Assembly: GCA_963666055.2 (NCBI GenBank)
Contig: CAXWPH010000015.1
Location: 896,001 to 960,000 of the forward strand
Source: Acidobacteriota bacterium
GTDB taxonomy: Bacteria > Acidobacteriota > UBA890 > WLXD01
Reading direction: 5' to 3'
DNA: 64,000 bases
Shown here: positions 1-9,380 of the stretch, in pieces
How positions within the stretch are numbered: the first letter of the stretch is position 1
How the letters are laid out: each line of letters starts with the position of its first letter
The notes under the pieces: model-generated
Told to the model about the DNA's origin: nothing
The model's database searches: none
What the model saw: only the letters and a program-made list of their open reading frames with translations
Made by a program: the position numbers and the translations under genes

Positions 1-15
1 AAGGCTGGGGCGGTT

Positions 16-29
16 AAGTTGACAGTGCC
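16..29 (-). mobile_element. IS6-family-like terminal inverted repeat (right end of an element lying left of the window)
   Basis: Reverse complement is GGCACTGTCAACTT, resembling IS6/IS26-type ends (GGCACTGT...). Near-identical ends occur at 16349-16362 and 17648-17661. Confidence 0.5.
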
Positions 30-141
30 TAATCGAGGCCGTTGCGACGATGCTCTCGAAGAAGAAATAGGAAAAACAATCACAAGACTTAGTCGCTTAT
101 GTAAGCTGAGACAGATCTCCGTTGAAACAGGGAGCCTGAAG

Positions 142-492
142 ATGCCACCGACTACTCGCTTCAAGAAAAGGCACAGTCGTCACGCTCGGCGCCGAGGGTG
201 GGCCCACGCGGCCGCGGCAGTCCTCTGTGCAATGTATGCGACCCTGGTCGTGGGGATACCCGCGATCGGTACCGCCGCGCAGCAGTCGGGCGTGTTCTAC
301 CCCGACATCCCCGGTGAGCTGTTGCTCGAGAACGACTACGTCGTCGTGCAGAGGTTCCTCATCGAGCCCGGGCAGTGGGAGGGGATTCACCCCCATCCGG
401 GAAGCCAGATCGCGGTGCGCATCAAAGGTGGCCTTTGGGCCGGACGCCGCGGTGGCCACGAGGTGTACAGGATGACCGGCGCCGCCCCGTAG
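142..492 (+). pseudogene. Secreted cupin-like protein, probably 3'-truncated
   Basis: Signal-like N-terminus, then LLLENDYVVVQRFLIEPGQWEGIHPHP (cupin motif 1). The ORF stops before a second cupin motif. Confidence 0.5.
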
Positions 493-578
493 CTTCCGAG
501 CTTGTCGGTGATCAACCATCGCGGTCCTCATCAGGAGGCGGTCGAAGCGGGGGTGTTGGAAGCGACCCTACAGTTGAC

Positions 579-855
579 CTAGCAGGCCGTGGTGAAAGTG
601 TGGTGGGTCTGGTTACGGCGAGTTGGGGCCAGATGGAAGGCGGCCTGACACAGGCGATGCCCTAGCCATCGTCCAGGAAGGCAACGCCGCAAATGGCCCC
701 AAATCGCCGTAATCCTTCGGGCGAAAGGGGGTTGCGCGCGTATCCTGCGTCGTTCCTCGTCAACGATGGGTAACCATCGCCTCCTCCTCTCTCCTTGCCT
801 CCACTTCGCAACACCCTGTCGCCAGACCCACCACACTTTCACCACGGCCTGCTAG
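579..855. mobile_element. MITE-like non-coding element bounded by CTAG
   Basis: Perfect 36-bp inverted repeat at 577-612 / 822-857 (ACCTAGCAGGCCGTGGTGAAAGTGTGGTGGGTCTGG) and an internal IR at 613-631 / 694-712. Related copies at 56020-56092, 46534-46560 and 62461-62476. Confidence 0.75.
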
Positions 856-947
856 GTGACTGGAGGCAGCTTCTATAAGAACATGTGGTTGCTCGCGCCA
901 TGGGGCCACCGTGAACGCTCCTCCTGCTGCCAGCGTTAGCTAGAGAA

Positions 948-2150
948 ATGTCACTGAAAGTCCGACGAGTCGCCCTGACCGCCACGATTTTCCTGGCGCT
1001 GTCAGCACTGTGCACCGTCGAACTGCGTGCGCAGTCGGTCGGTGAGCCGTTGCCACCCTGGACACCCGGGACTCTCGACATTCACCAGATCAGCACCGGA
1101 CAAGGCAACGCAGCGTTGCTGATCTTCCCAGATGGCACCTCGATGCTGGTGGATTCAGGAGACGGAAACCCGGAGCCCCCGCGTGGTGCCGCACCTGTAC
1201 CCGACGGGTCCCGCACCGCCGGCGAATGGATCGCTCGCTACGCCCGGCGGATGCTCGCCCACGACCCCGATCCGGCCATCGACTACGCCCTGATCACCCA
1301 TTTCCACGGTGATCATATGGGCGGGTTCACCGAGGTGGCGGAGTACATCCCGATCCGTACGATGCTTGATCGGGGGTGGCCCGACTACGACTACCCGCGG
1401 CCGCTCTCGCTGAACGACTACCGAGCCTTTCTCGAGAACCAGCGCCTGAACGAAGGCATGGAGGTGGAGCGGTTGCAGCCTGGCCGCCACGACCAGATCG
1501 TCCTTCAGCGCCAGCCGGGGCTCTATCCGAGTTTCGTGGTCAACAACGTGGCCGCGAACGGCGAGGTGTGGACCGGTCTCGATACCGATACCGAGGAGCA
1601 TTTTCCGGACCTGTCCCGGATACCGAGGGAGGACTGGCCCACCGAGAACCAATGCAGCCTGGCGATTCGGGTAAGCTACGGTCAGTTTAACTACTATACG
1701 GGGGGCGACATGCCGGGGGAGACCGCCCCGGGGTATCCGGACTGGCAAGGCGTTGAGACCCCGGTCGCCAAGGCGGTGGGACCGGTGGACGCAGCCGTGC
1801 TCAACCACCATGGCCTCGGCAACGGGACGACAGAGTTCTTCGTGCGCACGCTGCAAGCTCGCGTGTGGGTCATTCCGTCGAGATCAGCCGATCACCCGGG
1901 CCGTTACGTCGTCGACCGGGTGACTTCCCCGCGGCTGTACGACGGCCCCCGGGATGTCTTCGCCGTCACCGTGGTCGAAGCCACCGAGCATACCCTCGGC
2001 CCACAACGATTCGCTCAACTGGCGAGCGATCAGGGCCACATCGTCATTCGCGTAGACGAGGGCGGCGAGTCGTACCGTGTCATTATTCTGGACGACTCAG
2101 CCGAAGCGTACATCGTCAAGGCTGTGCACGGACCCTACCAGGCCAAATGA
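948..2150 (+). CDS. Secreted MBL-fold metallo-hydrolase (ComEC/Rec2-like)
   Basis: Signal peptide, GQGNA, LVDSG, THFHGDH metal motif, GGD and NHHG. Confidence 0.85.
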   Translation: MSLKVRRVALTATIFLALSALCTVELRAQSVGEPLPPWTPGTLDIHQISTGQGNAALLIFPDGTSMLVDSGDGNPEPPRGAAPVPDGSRTAGEWIARYARRMLAHDPDPAIDYALITHFHGDHMGGFTEVAEYIPIRTMLDRGWPDYDYPRPLSLNDYRAFLENQRLNEGMEVERLQPGRHDQIVLQRQPGLYPSFVVNNVAANGEVWTGLDTDTEEHFPDLSRIPREDWPTENQCSLAIRVSYGQFNYYTGGDMPGETAPGYPDWQGVETPVAKAVGPVDAAVLNHHGLGNGTTEFFVRTLQARVWVIPSRSADHPGRYVVDRVTSPRLYDGPRDVFAVTVVEATEHTLGPQRFAQLASDQGHIVIRVDEGGESYRVIILDDSAEAYIVKAVHGPYQAK

Positions 2151-2209
2151 ACAGCCCCCCCGGTGACGAGCACGGGAATAAATCGCTGCGCCACCGAGGC
2201 TTTCCTGAG

Positions 2210-2251
2210 TAGCGGGGGCAGGATTTGAACCTGCGACCTTCGGGTTATGAG
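2210..2251 (-). pseudogene. 3' half of initiator tRNA-Met(CAT), att-like remnant
   Basis: Reverse complement CTCATAACCCGAAGGTCGCAGGTTCAAATCCTGCCCCCGCTA runs from the anticodon loop to the acceptor strand. No D arm or 5' half is present. Confidence 0.8.
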
Positions 2252-2337
2252 TTTTATTAGTGCCTCTCGAATTCTTCGATCACTGCGTCAGCGGCGCTGT
2301 CTCACTGCCCCCACCTTGACGCTCGAGGAGACATGAA

Positions 2338-4323
2338 ATGAAGAAGAGCGATCGTGAGCTGGGCATGAACCGGGAGATCACCCGTCGCGACCTCCTGAGC
2401 GGAACGAGCATCGCGATCGCGGGAGCGGCCCTTGCGCCGGGGGAAGTGGGGGCGCAGGGACGCGATGCCCGGCTGGCTCCGGCCGCATCTCCAGTTGTCG
2501 ATCAATCTGCGATCCAGGAGACGTACTATCCGCCAACCCGTACGGGGATGCGGGGCAGCCATCCGGGGTCGTTCGAGGTGGCTCATCGCATGCGGTTCGG
2601 CGAGACGTGGGACGACCCGCAGGAAACAGGGGAAGAGTACGACCTGATCGTGGTGGGTGGCGGGTTGAGCGGTCTCGGGGCGGCCTACTACTTCCGCAAG
2701 GCGATGCCTGAGGCTCGGGTCCTGATTCTGGAGAACCACGACGACTTCGGAGGGCACGCGAAGCGGAACGAGGCCATGGTCGACGGGCGCCAGGTCATCG
2801 GCTGGGGAGGCACGACGTACATCACCGGAGCCTATACGTACGAAGGCCTGGAGTTGCTGCACGACATCGGCCTGGATGCGGAGGTGTACAGGCGTGCGAA
2901 CGTGGGACGAAGCTTACGGGCGCGAGAGCCGGATTTGGGAAGCGCGGTCTTGTTCGACGAGGAGACGTTCGGTGAGGATCGCCTGGTGGTAGGAGAACCC
3001 GGATCGGACGAGCCGGAGGCCTGGACGAAATGGCTTCGAAAGACGCCGCTCTCGGACCGGGTGCAGAAGGACATCGCGAAGCTGTACCAGACGCAGGAGG
3101 ATTACTTCCCCGGATTGTCGGTGGAGGAGAAGATCGCTCGGCTCCGCAAGATGAGCTATCAGGACTATCTGCTGAACGTCGTCGGCGTCGACCCGGACGT
3201 GATCCCCTTCTTCATGCGCCGCGGCCCGGATGCCAATGGCACGGCCGGTATCGATACGTTGAGCGGATGGGCTGCGTTCCGGTACAGCGGTTTACCCGGG
3301 CTGCAGGGCCTCGGGCTCGGGGAGCCGCCGCCGAGAGACGGATTCCCCGGGCTGGAGAATCCGTTCGATGGCATGCACTTCCCCGACGGAAATGCTGGCA
3401 TCGCCCGCCTGCTCGTGCGCTGGCTGATTCCGGGTTCGCTACCGGGCGAGACGATGAACGATTCGGTGCCGACGCGGGTCCGGTATTCGACCCTCGACCG
3501 GACGGAAAACGACGTGCGTATCCGTCTCAACAGCACGGTGGTGAACGCCCACCACGTGGGCGATCGGGCGAAGGCGAACGCGGTGGATGTCACGTACGTA
3601 CGGGACGGCCAGGCGCATCGCGTGCGCGCAGGCACCTGCGTGATGGCGTGCTACAACTCGGTGATCCCGTATCTGTGTCCCGAGCTGCCGGAGGACCAGA
3701 AAGAACACCTGCATATGGCGGTGCGCAGACCCTTCGTTGCGGCCAACGTCATGGTTCGCGACTGGCGAGCGTTCGAGCGGCTCGGTGTGGCGCGCATCCA
3801 TTGCCCGGGCGCGTACTTCGAAAGTGTCAGTCTTGACGGTTACAGCAACAGCTTCGGGGAATACCAGACCGCCCAGTTGCCCGACGAACCGGTCGTCGTA
3901 GGGCTCTGGGCATCTCCGATCGCTCCGGGGCTCCCCGTACGGGACCAGTGGCGGGCCGCACGGGAGGAGCTTCTGGCCATGTCGTTCGAAACGTTCGAGC
4001 GTGGCATCAGGGATCAGCTTGCTCGTGCCCTGGGGGAGGGAGGCTTCGATCCCGCCCGGGACATCGAGGCCATCTTCGTCAACCGCTGGCCCCACGGGTA
4101 CGCGGGCGCAGGCAATGACCTCTTCGACCCCGACTGGGGGTACGACGAGGCTCCCTGGGTATTGGGCCGTAAGCGGTTCGGGCGGATCGCCATCGCCAAC
4201 TCCGACGCGGCCGCGTCTTGTCTTACACAGGCGGCGTTCGACCAGGCACATCGAGCGGTCCAAGAGCTGATCATCGACGTCATTCGACCCGAATTCCAGT
4301 ATCCGTGGGCGGAGAGGACCTAG
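2338..4323 (+). CDS. Tat-exported FAD/NAD(P)-binding oxidoreductase, spermidine dehydrogenase (SpdH)-like
   Basis: TRRDLL Tat motif, YYPP..GMRGSHPGSFEVAH, VGGGLSGL, GGHAKRNE, NRWPHGYA and IANSDA. Confidence 0.85.
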   Translation: MKKSDRELGMNREITRRDLLSGTSIAIAGAALAPGEVGAQGRDARLAPAASPVVDQSAIQETYYPPTRTGMRGSHPGSFEVAHRMRFGETWDDPQETGEEYDLIVVGGGLSGLGAAYYFRKAMPEARVLILENHDDFGGHAKRNEAMVDGRQVIGWGGTTYITGAYTYEGLELLHDIGLDAEVYRRANVGRSLRAREPDLGSAVLFDEETFGEDRLVVGEPGSDEPEAWTKWLRKTPLSDRVQKDIAKLYQTQEDYFPGLSVEEKIARLRKMSYQDYLLNVVGVDPDVIPFFMRRGPDANGTAGIDTLSGWAAFRYSGLPGLQGLGLGEPPPRDGFPGLENPFDGMHFPDGNAGIARLLVRWLIPGSLPGETMNDSVPTRVRYSTLDRTENDVRIRLNSTVVNAHHVGDRAKANAVDVTYVRDGQAHRVRAGTCVMACYNSVIPYLCPELPEDQKEHLHMAVRRPFVAANVMVRDWRAFERLGVARIHCPGAYFESVSLDGYSNSFGEYQTAQLPDEPVVVGLWASPIAPGLPVRDQWRAAREELLAMSFETFERGIRDQLARALGEGGFDPARDIEAIFVNRWPHGYAGAGNDLFDPDWGYDEAPWVLGRKRFGRIAIANSDAAASCLTQAAFDQAHRAVQELIIDVIRPEFQYPWAERT

Positions 4324-4524
4324 GTCACGACCGCCTCATGAAGGAGCCCTGGGGCTGCTTGCGGAGAACCGCATGAGCAACCAGGACGATAGAACCAGGA
4401 AGTCGAACCGGCGGTGAGCGGGGCCACGGCGGGGGCTGCCTATGGGACAGGAGAGCATCACCGGTCTTCCGGCCAACGGAAGCCGGGGCACGGTAGATTG
4501 TCCGTTCCCAGGCAGGACCCTCCC

Positions 4525-6021
4525 ATGACCAGACGAATCCGTCCGAAACGCCACTTTCTCGGCGCCTGCGCAGCCCTGTCGGTGATTTTCCTGCTCGGAT
4601 CGTGCGGGCCGGAGACAACCGTGGAGGAGCCGTTCGCAGCGTCGTCTCTGCGATCGCCCAACATCATCCTCATCCTGGCCGACGACATGGGCTACGGGGA
4701 TCCGCGCAGCTACAACCCAGATTCCAAGATTCCGACGCCGCACATGGACCGCCTGGCTGCCGAGGGAATGCGGTTTACCGATGCGCATTCGCCCTCCGGC
4801 GTTTGCACGCCTACGCGTTATGGGCTCCTGACCGGGCAGTATTCCTGGCGGACCCAGCTAAAAAAGGGCGTTCTCCTAGGCTATTCGCCCAGCCTGATTG
4901 ACACGAACCGGACGACGGTGGCGTCGTTGCTGAAGCAGCACGGCTATGCCACCGGCGGCGTAGGAAAATGGCACCTGGGCCTCGGCGATGAAGCGAGGAC
5001 CGACTACAGCAAGCCGCTGCGCCCAGGCCCCGCGTCGCTGGGGTTTGACTATTACTACGGGATCCCCGCATCGCTGGACTTTGAGCCGTATCTCTACTTC
5101 GAGAACGACCGCGTCGTCGAGGCGCCCACCGCCCGCACCGAAGGCAACCTCGAATGTTGTTTCGGCGCGTTCTGGCGGGAGGGGGCGATATCGCCGAGCT
5201 TCGAGCACGATCAGGTGTTGCCGATCACTGCCGAGAAGGCCGTCGCGTTCATCGAAGACCGGGCCGCGACGGAGCAGCCCTTCTTTTTGTACGTTCCCCT
5301 GTCGGCGCCCCACACGCCATGGTTGCCGCTGCCGCCGTACGTGGGCACGACCGAGGTCGGCGAATACGGCGACTTTACCGCGCAGGTAGACAGCGTCGTC
5401 GGTCAGATCCTCGACGCGGTGGACCGGCTGGCAATTACGGACAACACGCTGGGTATCCTCACCAGCGACAACGGCGCTATCTGGCCGCAGAGCAAGATCG
5501 ACGAGTTCGGTCACCGGGCCAACCTGAACCTGCGCGGGCAGAAGGCCGACATCTGGGAGGGGGGCAACCGGGTTCCGTTCATCATCCGTTGGCCCGGCCA
5601 CATCGCGCCGGCTTCGCAGAGCGACGCCCTGGTCTCGCTGACGGACATGTTGGCTACCTTTGCTGCCATCGTCGGAGCGGAACTGCCTCGTGACGCCGGG
5701 GAGGACAGCTACAGCCTGCTGCCCGTCCTGCTGGGTGAGAATCCGGAGACGCCCTTGCGCGACGCCGCTATCCATCATTCGGCGGACGGCATGTTCGCCA
5801 TCCGGCAGGGACCGTGGAAGCTGATCGAAGGGCGCGGCTCCGGCGGCTTTACCGAGCCGATCCGCATCGAACCGGGGCCGGGTGAGCCCGCCGGGCAACT
5901 TTACAACCTGTCGGAAGACCTCGGCGAGACGAACAACCTCTACCGGCAACACCCCGATGTGGTGGCACGCCTGACAGCGCTGCTGGATCAGTACCGGCAA
6001 CAAGGCCACAGTCGCCCGTGA
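4525..6021 (+). CDS. Arylsulfatase (formylglycine-dependent), probable lipoprotein
   Basis: LLGSC lipobox, PNIILILADDMG, CTPTR active-site motif and GKWHLG. Confidence 0.9.
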   Translation: MTRRIRPKRHFLGACAALSVIFLLGSCGPETTVEEPFAASSLRSPNIILILADDMGYGDPRSYNPDSKIPTPHMDRLAAEGMRFTDAHSPSGVCTPTRYGLLTGQYSWRTQLKKGVLLGYSPSLIDTNRTTVASLLKQHGYATGGVGKWHLGLGDEARTDYSKPLRPGPASLGFDYYYGIPASLDFEPYLYFENDRVVEAPTARTEGNLECCFGAFWREGAISPSFEHDQVLPITAEKAVAFIEDRAATEQPFFLYVPLSAPHTPWLPLPPYVGTTEVGEYGDFTAQVDSVVGQILDAVDRLAITDNTLGILTSDNGAIWPQSKIDEFGHRANLNLRGQKADIWEGGNRVPFIIRWPGHIAPASQSDALVSLTDMLATFAAIVGAELPRDAGEDSYSLLPVLLGENPETPLRDAAIHHSADGMFAIRQGPWKLIEGRGSGGFTEPIRIEPGPGEPAGQLYNLSEDLGETNNLYRQHPDVVARLTALLDQYRQQGHSRP

Positions 6022-6124
6022 TGGAGAGAGTTGGAGCTACATGGACCTCGCGATCTACGCCGCACGATGATCTGTGCACACACCTGCCACGAGAGCCGAG
6101 GGACGAGCGGCGGAAGGAGAGAGG

Positions 6125-6619
6125 ATGATCGAGGAAAGGGATGGCTGGTTTGTGAAGAACGTCAAGGACGCGCCGTGGGAGCAAACCGAGGCGTTCGGAA
6201 AGGTCTGTTGGTTCGATACGGAGGATCCGTTCCCGCAAATCGGGATACATATCTTCTTGCTCGAGCCTGGCAAGCCGAACTCTCGCTACCACCGGGAAGA
6301 GGCGCAGGAGGACTTCCTCGTCCTGGCCGGGCGCTGCAAGCTGCTGGTTAACGGCGAGGAACGCTCGCTGGAAACCTGGGATTTTGTCCATTGCCCGGCC
6401 GGAGTGTCCCATGTCTTCGTCGGTGTCGACGGGCTATGTGCTCTCTTGGCGATCGGGCACCGACCCGACAGGGAAAAGGAGCAGCTGTTCTACCCGGCCA
6501 GCGAGCTGGCCCGCCGATACAACGCTGAGACTCCCGAACCCACGGGCGATCCGGAAGTCGCATACTCGGACATCAGGCAGCGGGTCAGGATCGATCCGCC
6601 GAAGTGGCCGATAGTGTAG
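6125..6619 (+). CDS. Cupin domain protein
   Basis: YHREEAQEDF and HCPAGVSH cupin motifs, with an RBS before ATG 6125. The stop codon abuts the tRNA-Val half. Confidence 0.8.
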   Translation: MIEERDGWFVKNVKDAPWEQTEAFGKVCWFDTEDPFPQIGIHIFLLEPGKPNSRYHREEAQEDFLVLAGRCKLLVNGEERSLETWDFVHCPAGVSHVFVGVDGLCALLAIGHRPDREKEQLFYPASELARRYNAETPEPTGDPEVAYSDIRQRVRIDPPKWPIV

Positions 6620-6657
6620 GGCGCACCGGGATTCGAACCTGGGACTTCCACCGTGTG
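6619..6657 (-). pseudogene. 3' half of tRNA-Val(CAC), att direct repeat copy 1
   Basis: 39 bp identical to 8959-8997, with 4 mismatches to the resident tRNA-Val. Begins exactly at the CAC anticodon. Confidence 0.85.
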
Positions 6658-6785
6658 TTCAAGCGACACACTTGACGATGGTTGCTATCCCTTGACGTGG
6701 CTTGAACTTACGGGCTGGTGGTTTTGACGTCAGTTGGGTCTGTTTGACGCTGTTTGCACCCGAAATGTCAAAGGAATTGTCACAG
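6658..6785. mobile_element. att arm-like flank 1
   Basis: GCTATC..TTACG box at 6684-6712, TTG repeats phased at 10 bp (6724/6734/6744/6754) and a TGTCA direct repeat at 6766/6778. Confidence 0.55.
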
Positions 6786-6830
6786 GCTCGATGAGGAGCT
6801 TTCGAGTCGAGTGAGCTCAACAGGGCCGCG

Positions 6831-8795
6831 CTAGCGCACGAGCGTGCCGAGCAACCTATTGACCGCCGCTATCGTGCCTTCCGGACCGGAGAGCCCCTGG
6901 CATTCGCTACAGTCCCATACCTTGGCCATGCGAATCGAGATCAGACCCTGCGGGTACATGATTACCTGGTTGGAGCCGGCGCCGAAGGCGCCCGGCAAGT
7001 AAACGACCGCGCCGCCATCGAGATCGACATGCGGCGTGAGATGGAAACCCATCTTGTAGAGTCCCTCGCCGGCTGCCAGCGGCACTGGCGCGCGTCGGCC
7101 GAATGCGGCAGCGACGGAGAGATCCGTTTCCTTGGTGATCGCGCCCTCGGTGCTGAAGATCTGGGCGGCCAGCCCCCGGTGCAGGAGTTGCTCGCCGTCG
7201 TGTTGGCCGAGGTTCTGGTACAGGGTGAAAATCTTGGCCACGTCGTCGAGGGTCACGTAGATGCCGGCATGAAACCAGGGCAGACCTAACTCTCCATCGG
7301 CCTCGCGCGTCCTTACGATCGGCGCGTGATGGATGCCGATGGGTGCGAGGACCTCCTCCTCGAGCATCTCCCAGATGTCGGCGTCCGGGCCCCTGACCGA
7401 CCTCAGGAACCCGTCGGTCGCAGCGCCGAGCAGGTGAAAGTCGCGATCGCGATAGCGCATGACGATCCCCGCTCCCCAGGGATACGGCGAGCCGTTCTCG
7501 GTGATGCTGGCGATCTTCTCGGCGTTCGAAAACGCGCCGTTGTACCAATCGTCATAGGTGTCGTCGACGTAGCCATCGCCGGTGCTGTTAGGACTGGTAA
7601 CTGAGCTTCCATGGCCACCCATGCCAGTGGCCATGTTGGCGGCGTCGATGAAGCGCACGTCGTCGTACTCGGGATCCAGCCCGGCGACGTAGTCGCCGAT
7701 CTTCAGGTCGAGCACGTAGGGACCGTAGACTTGCGCCAGACGACCGAGCGCCAGGGGCACCGTAACCGACTTGGCCACCGATCGCGGCCCGAACCGCATC
7801 TCCTGCGGATACGGATAGGGCCCGTAGGGGGTCTGCGATCCCTGGTGGTAGACAACGCCGTCGCGGACCAGGGCCTTGGCGACCACATAGTTGTCCGGAA
7901 GCGGGCCGCCAAAACCCTCGAGCGTTGCTTCTGGCAAACCCTCGTCCGCCAACGCCGTCACCAACTCGCCCCAGGGTCGCAGCGGCAACCTCGCCGCCAA
8001 CTCTGAATCGACCCGGGCTCGCCGGGCCTCGAGATTGCCGAATGCCCCCGCTTCGAACGACGCTTTCGCCGCGCCCCAGGCGACGAAGTGCACCGGAATG
8101 TTAAATGGCGCCGTCTGCTGGACAAACTGAAACCGCAGATCGGTGACCTCGCCACCGGCGTATAGAAAACTCGCGAGGCCTTGATGGGCGTGATTCTCCA
8201 TGTCATGTACCAGCATCAGGGCGAAGGCGGCGCGCGACCAGTCGCCATCGCCGGGCTGTCGCCACACACGCCCGTACTGCGGGATCACGTGCCAGTAGCT
8301 CCGGCTACCACCGGTGCGTTCGTCTCCAAGCATTTCGCCGATCTGAATCGCGGCGAGAACTTCGCCGGCGGTGAACAAGTCCAGAGTGAACGCGGGCAAC
8401 AGGCGCTTGTCGTGGCCACCCCGGCACGACCCGCCCAGCTCGACCGCCGAGCCATCGCACACCGGCTGCGGGATCTCGGGTTCAAACAGCATCCGCGTCT
8501 GCTCGATGGCAAGCCGCACAGCAAGCGCCGGAGCCGGTGTGGCGTCGCTGGGGGGATAGAAGCCGGCGTTGTCGACCGGAGCTGCCAGATCGCTGCCGGA
8601 GAGCATCATGTCGAGCGGCAACGGCGTCGAATCAGAAGAGATTTGCACGGTGCTCGATGACGGCTCGTCTACCCCAGCATCGGTCACCGCCCGCACACCG
8701 GGTCCGTCTGCCGGGCCACACGCACCGACAACGGCGACGGCCAGTAGCCAGCGCAGCCTCGCGAAGTCTCTGGCGTCGGCCGCGGGGTTCTTCAT
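6831..8795 (-). CDS. Serine hydrolase / class C beta-lactamase-fold lipoprotein
   Basis: VVGAC lipobox, SVAK (SxxK) and YRD motif. Start chosen at ATG 8795. Confidence 0.75.
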   Translation of the reverse strand: MKNPAADARDFARLRWLLAVAVVGACGPADGPGVRAVTDAGVDEPSSSTVQISSDSTPLPLDMMLSGSDLAAPVDNAGFYPPSDATPAPALAVRLAIEQTRMLFEPEIPQPVCDGSAVELGGSCRGGHDKRLLPAFTLDLFTAGEVLAAIQIGEMLGDERTGGSRSYWHVIPQYGRVWRQPGDGDWSRAAFALMLVHDMENHAHQGLASFLYAGGEVTDLRFQFVQQTAPFNIPVHFVAWGAAKASFEAGAFGNLEARRARVDSELAARLPLRPWGELVTALADEGLPEATLEGFGGPLPDNYVVAKALVRDGVVYHQGSQTPYGPYPYPQEMRFGPRSVAKSVTVPLALGRLAQVYGPYVLDLKIGDYVAGLDPEYDDVRFIDAANMATGMGGHGSSVTSPNSTGDGYVDDTYDDWYNGAFSNAEKIASITENGSPYPWGAGIVMRYRDRDFHLLGAATDGFLRSVRGPDADIWEMLEEEVLAPIGIHHAPIVRTREADGELGLPWFHAGIYVTLDDVAKIFTLYQNLGQHDGEQLLHRGLAAQIFSTEGAITKETDLSVAAAFGRRAPVPLAAGEGLYKMGFHLTPHVDLDGGAVVYLPGAFGAGSNQVIMYPQGLISIRMAKVWDCSECQGLSGPEGTIAAVNRLLGTLVR

Positions 8796-8954
8796 GGATG
8801 CCCTCTCACCTATGTTCGAACTTCTTGATGCTGCCGTAGCAGTCTGATGCAAATCAGATTGGAGCGACAGGGGCATGATCAGCCCGCCGCCCCGAGGAAT
8901 CGGAGGGGGAACCTGACGTAGGCGAGAAGTCCTTTGACCACAGGAGGTTGGAGA

Positions 8955-8997
8955 GAGTGGGCGCACCGGGATTCGAACCTGGGACTTCCACCGTGTG
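8955..8997 (-). pseudogene. 3' half of tRNA-Val(CAC), att direct repeat copy 2
   Basis: GAGTGGGCGCACCGGGATTCGAACCTGGGACTTCCACCGTGTG also matches the GAGT flanking the resident tRNA 3' end. Confidence 0.85.
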
Positions 8998-9123
8998 GGA
9001 CAAGGACGTGTTTGCCGTCGATAGCTATCTCTAATGATTAGAGGTAGTTACGTCATCGGTCATTAGCGGTTGTTGGCCGCAATTAGCCCCTTTTCACAGC
9101 CAATTATCCACGGATTACCCACA
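8998..9123. mobile_element. att arm-like flank 2
   Basis: GCTATC..TTACG box at 9024-9052, containing the IR CTATCTCTAA/TTAGAGGTAG. 10-bp-phased TTRGC at 9063/9073/9083 and a TTAYCCAC direct repeat at 9104/9115. Confidence 0.55.
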
Positions 9124-9162
9124 AGATCGGGCGTTCGGTTGTGCGCCGGCCAGGTCAGGCGG

Positions 9163-9225
9163 CTACGGGTCCATCGGCACGAGCCGCTTCAGCTCGTCGA
9201 ACCAGTTGAGAGCGACGTGGATCTG
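9163..9225 (-). pseudogene. C-terminal stub of a Ser/Thr kinase-TolB/PD40 propeller protein
   Basis: Translates QIHVALNWFDELKRLVPMDP*, matching the VxLNWFxELK C-terminus of this family. Confidence 0.65.
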
Positions 9226-9380
9226 CGTTACATGGTCCAGAACTGCACGTTACGCAGCATCTCGGCATCACCACCATGCGGGGTGCGGCCTCAGCGCTCG
9301 GCCTGGACATAGTGGCGACGCTGTGCTTGCATCGAGCGCTATCTACAAGGGCGTGTTTGCCAACATCGGATAGGTGTGTC

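Noticed and set aside
4373-4417. RBS plus MSNQDDRTRKSNRR*, a possible truncated Tat-gene stub
   Set aside because: Fourteen residues is too short to support a call, although it fits the stub pattern.
6619-8997. Functional split or permuted tRNAs
   Set aside because: Only 3' halves are present, with a T-stem mispair. The att-remnant explanation is simpler.
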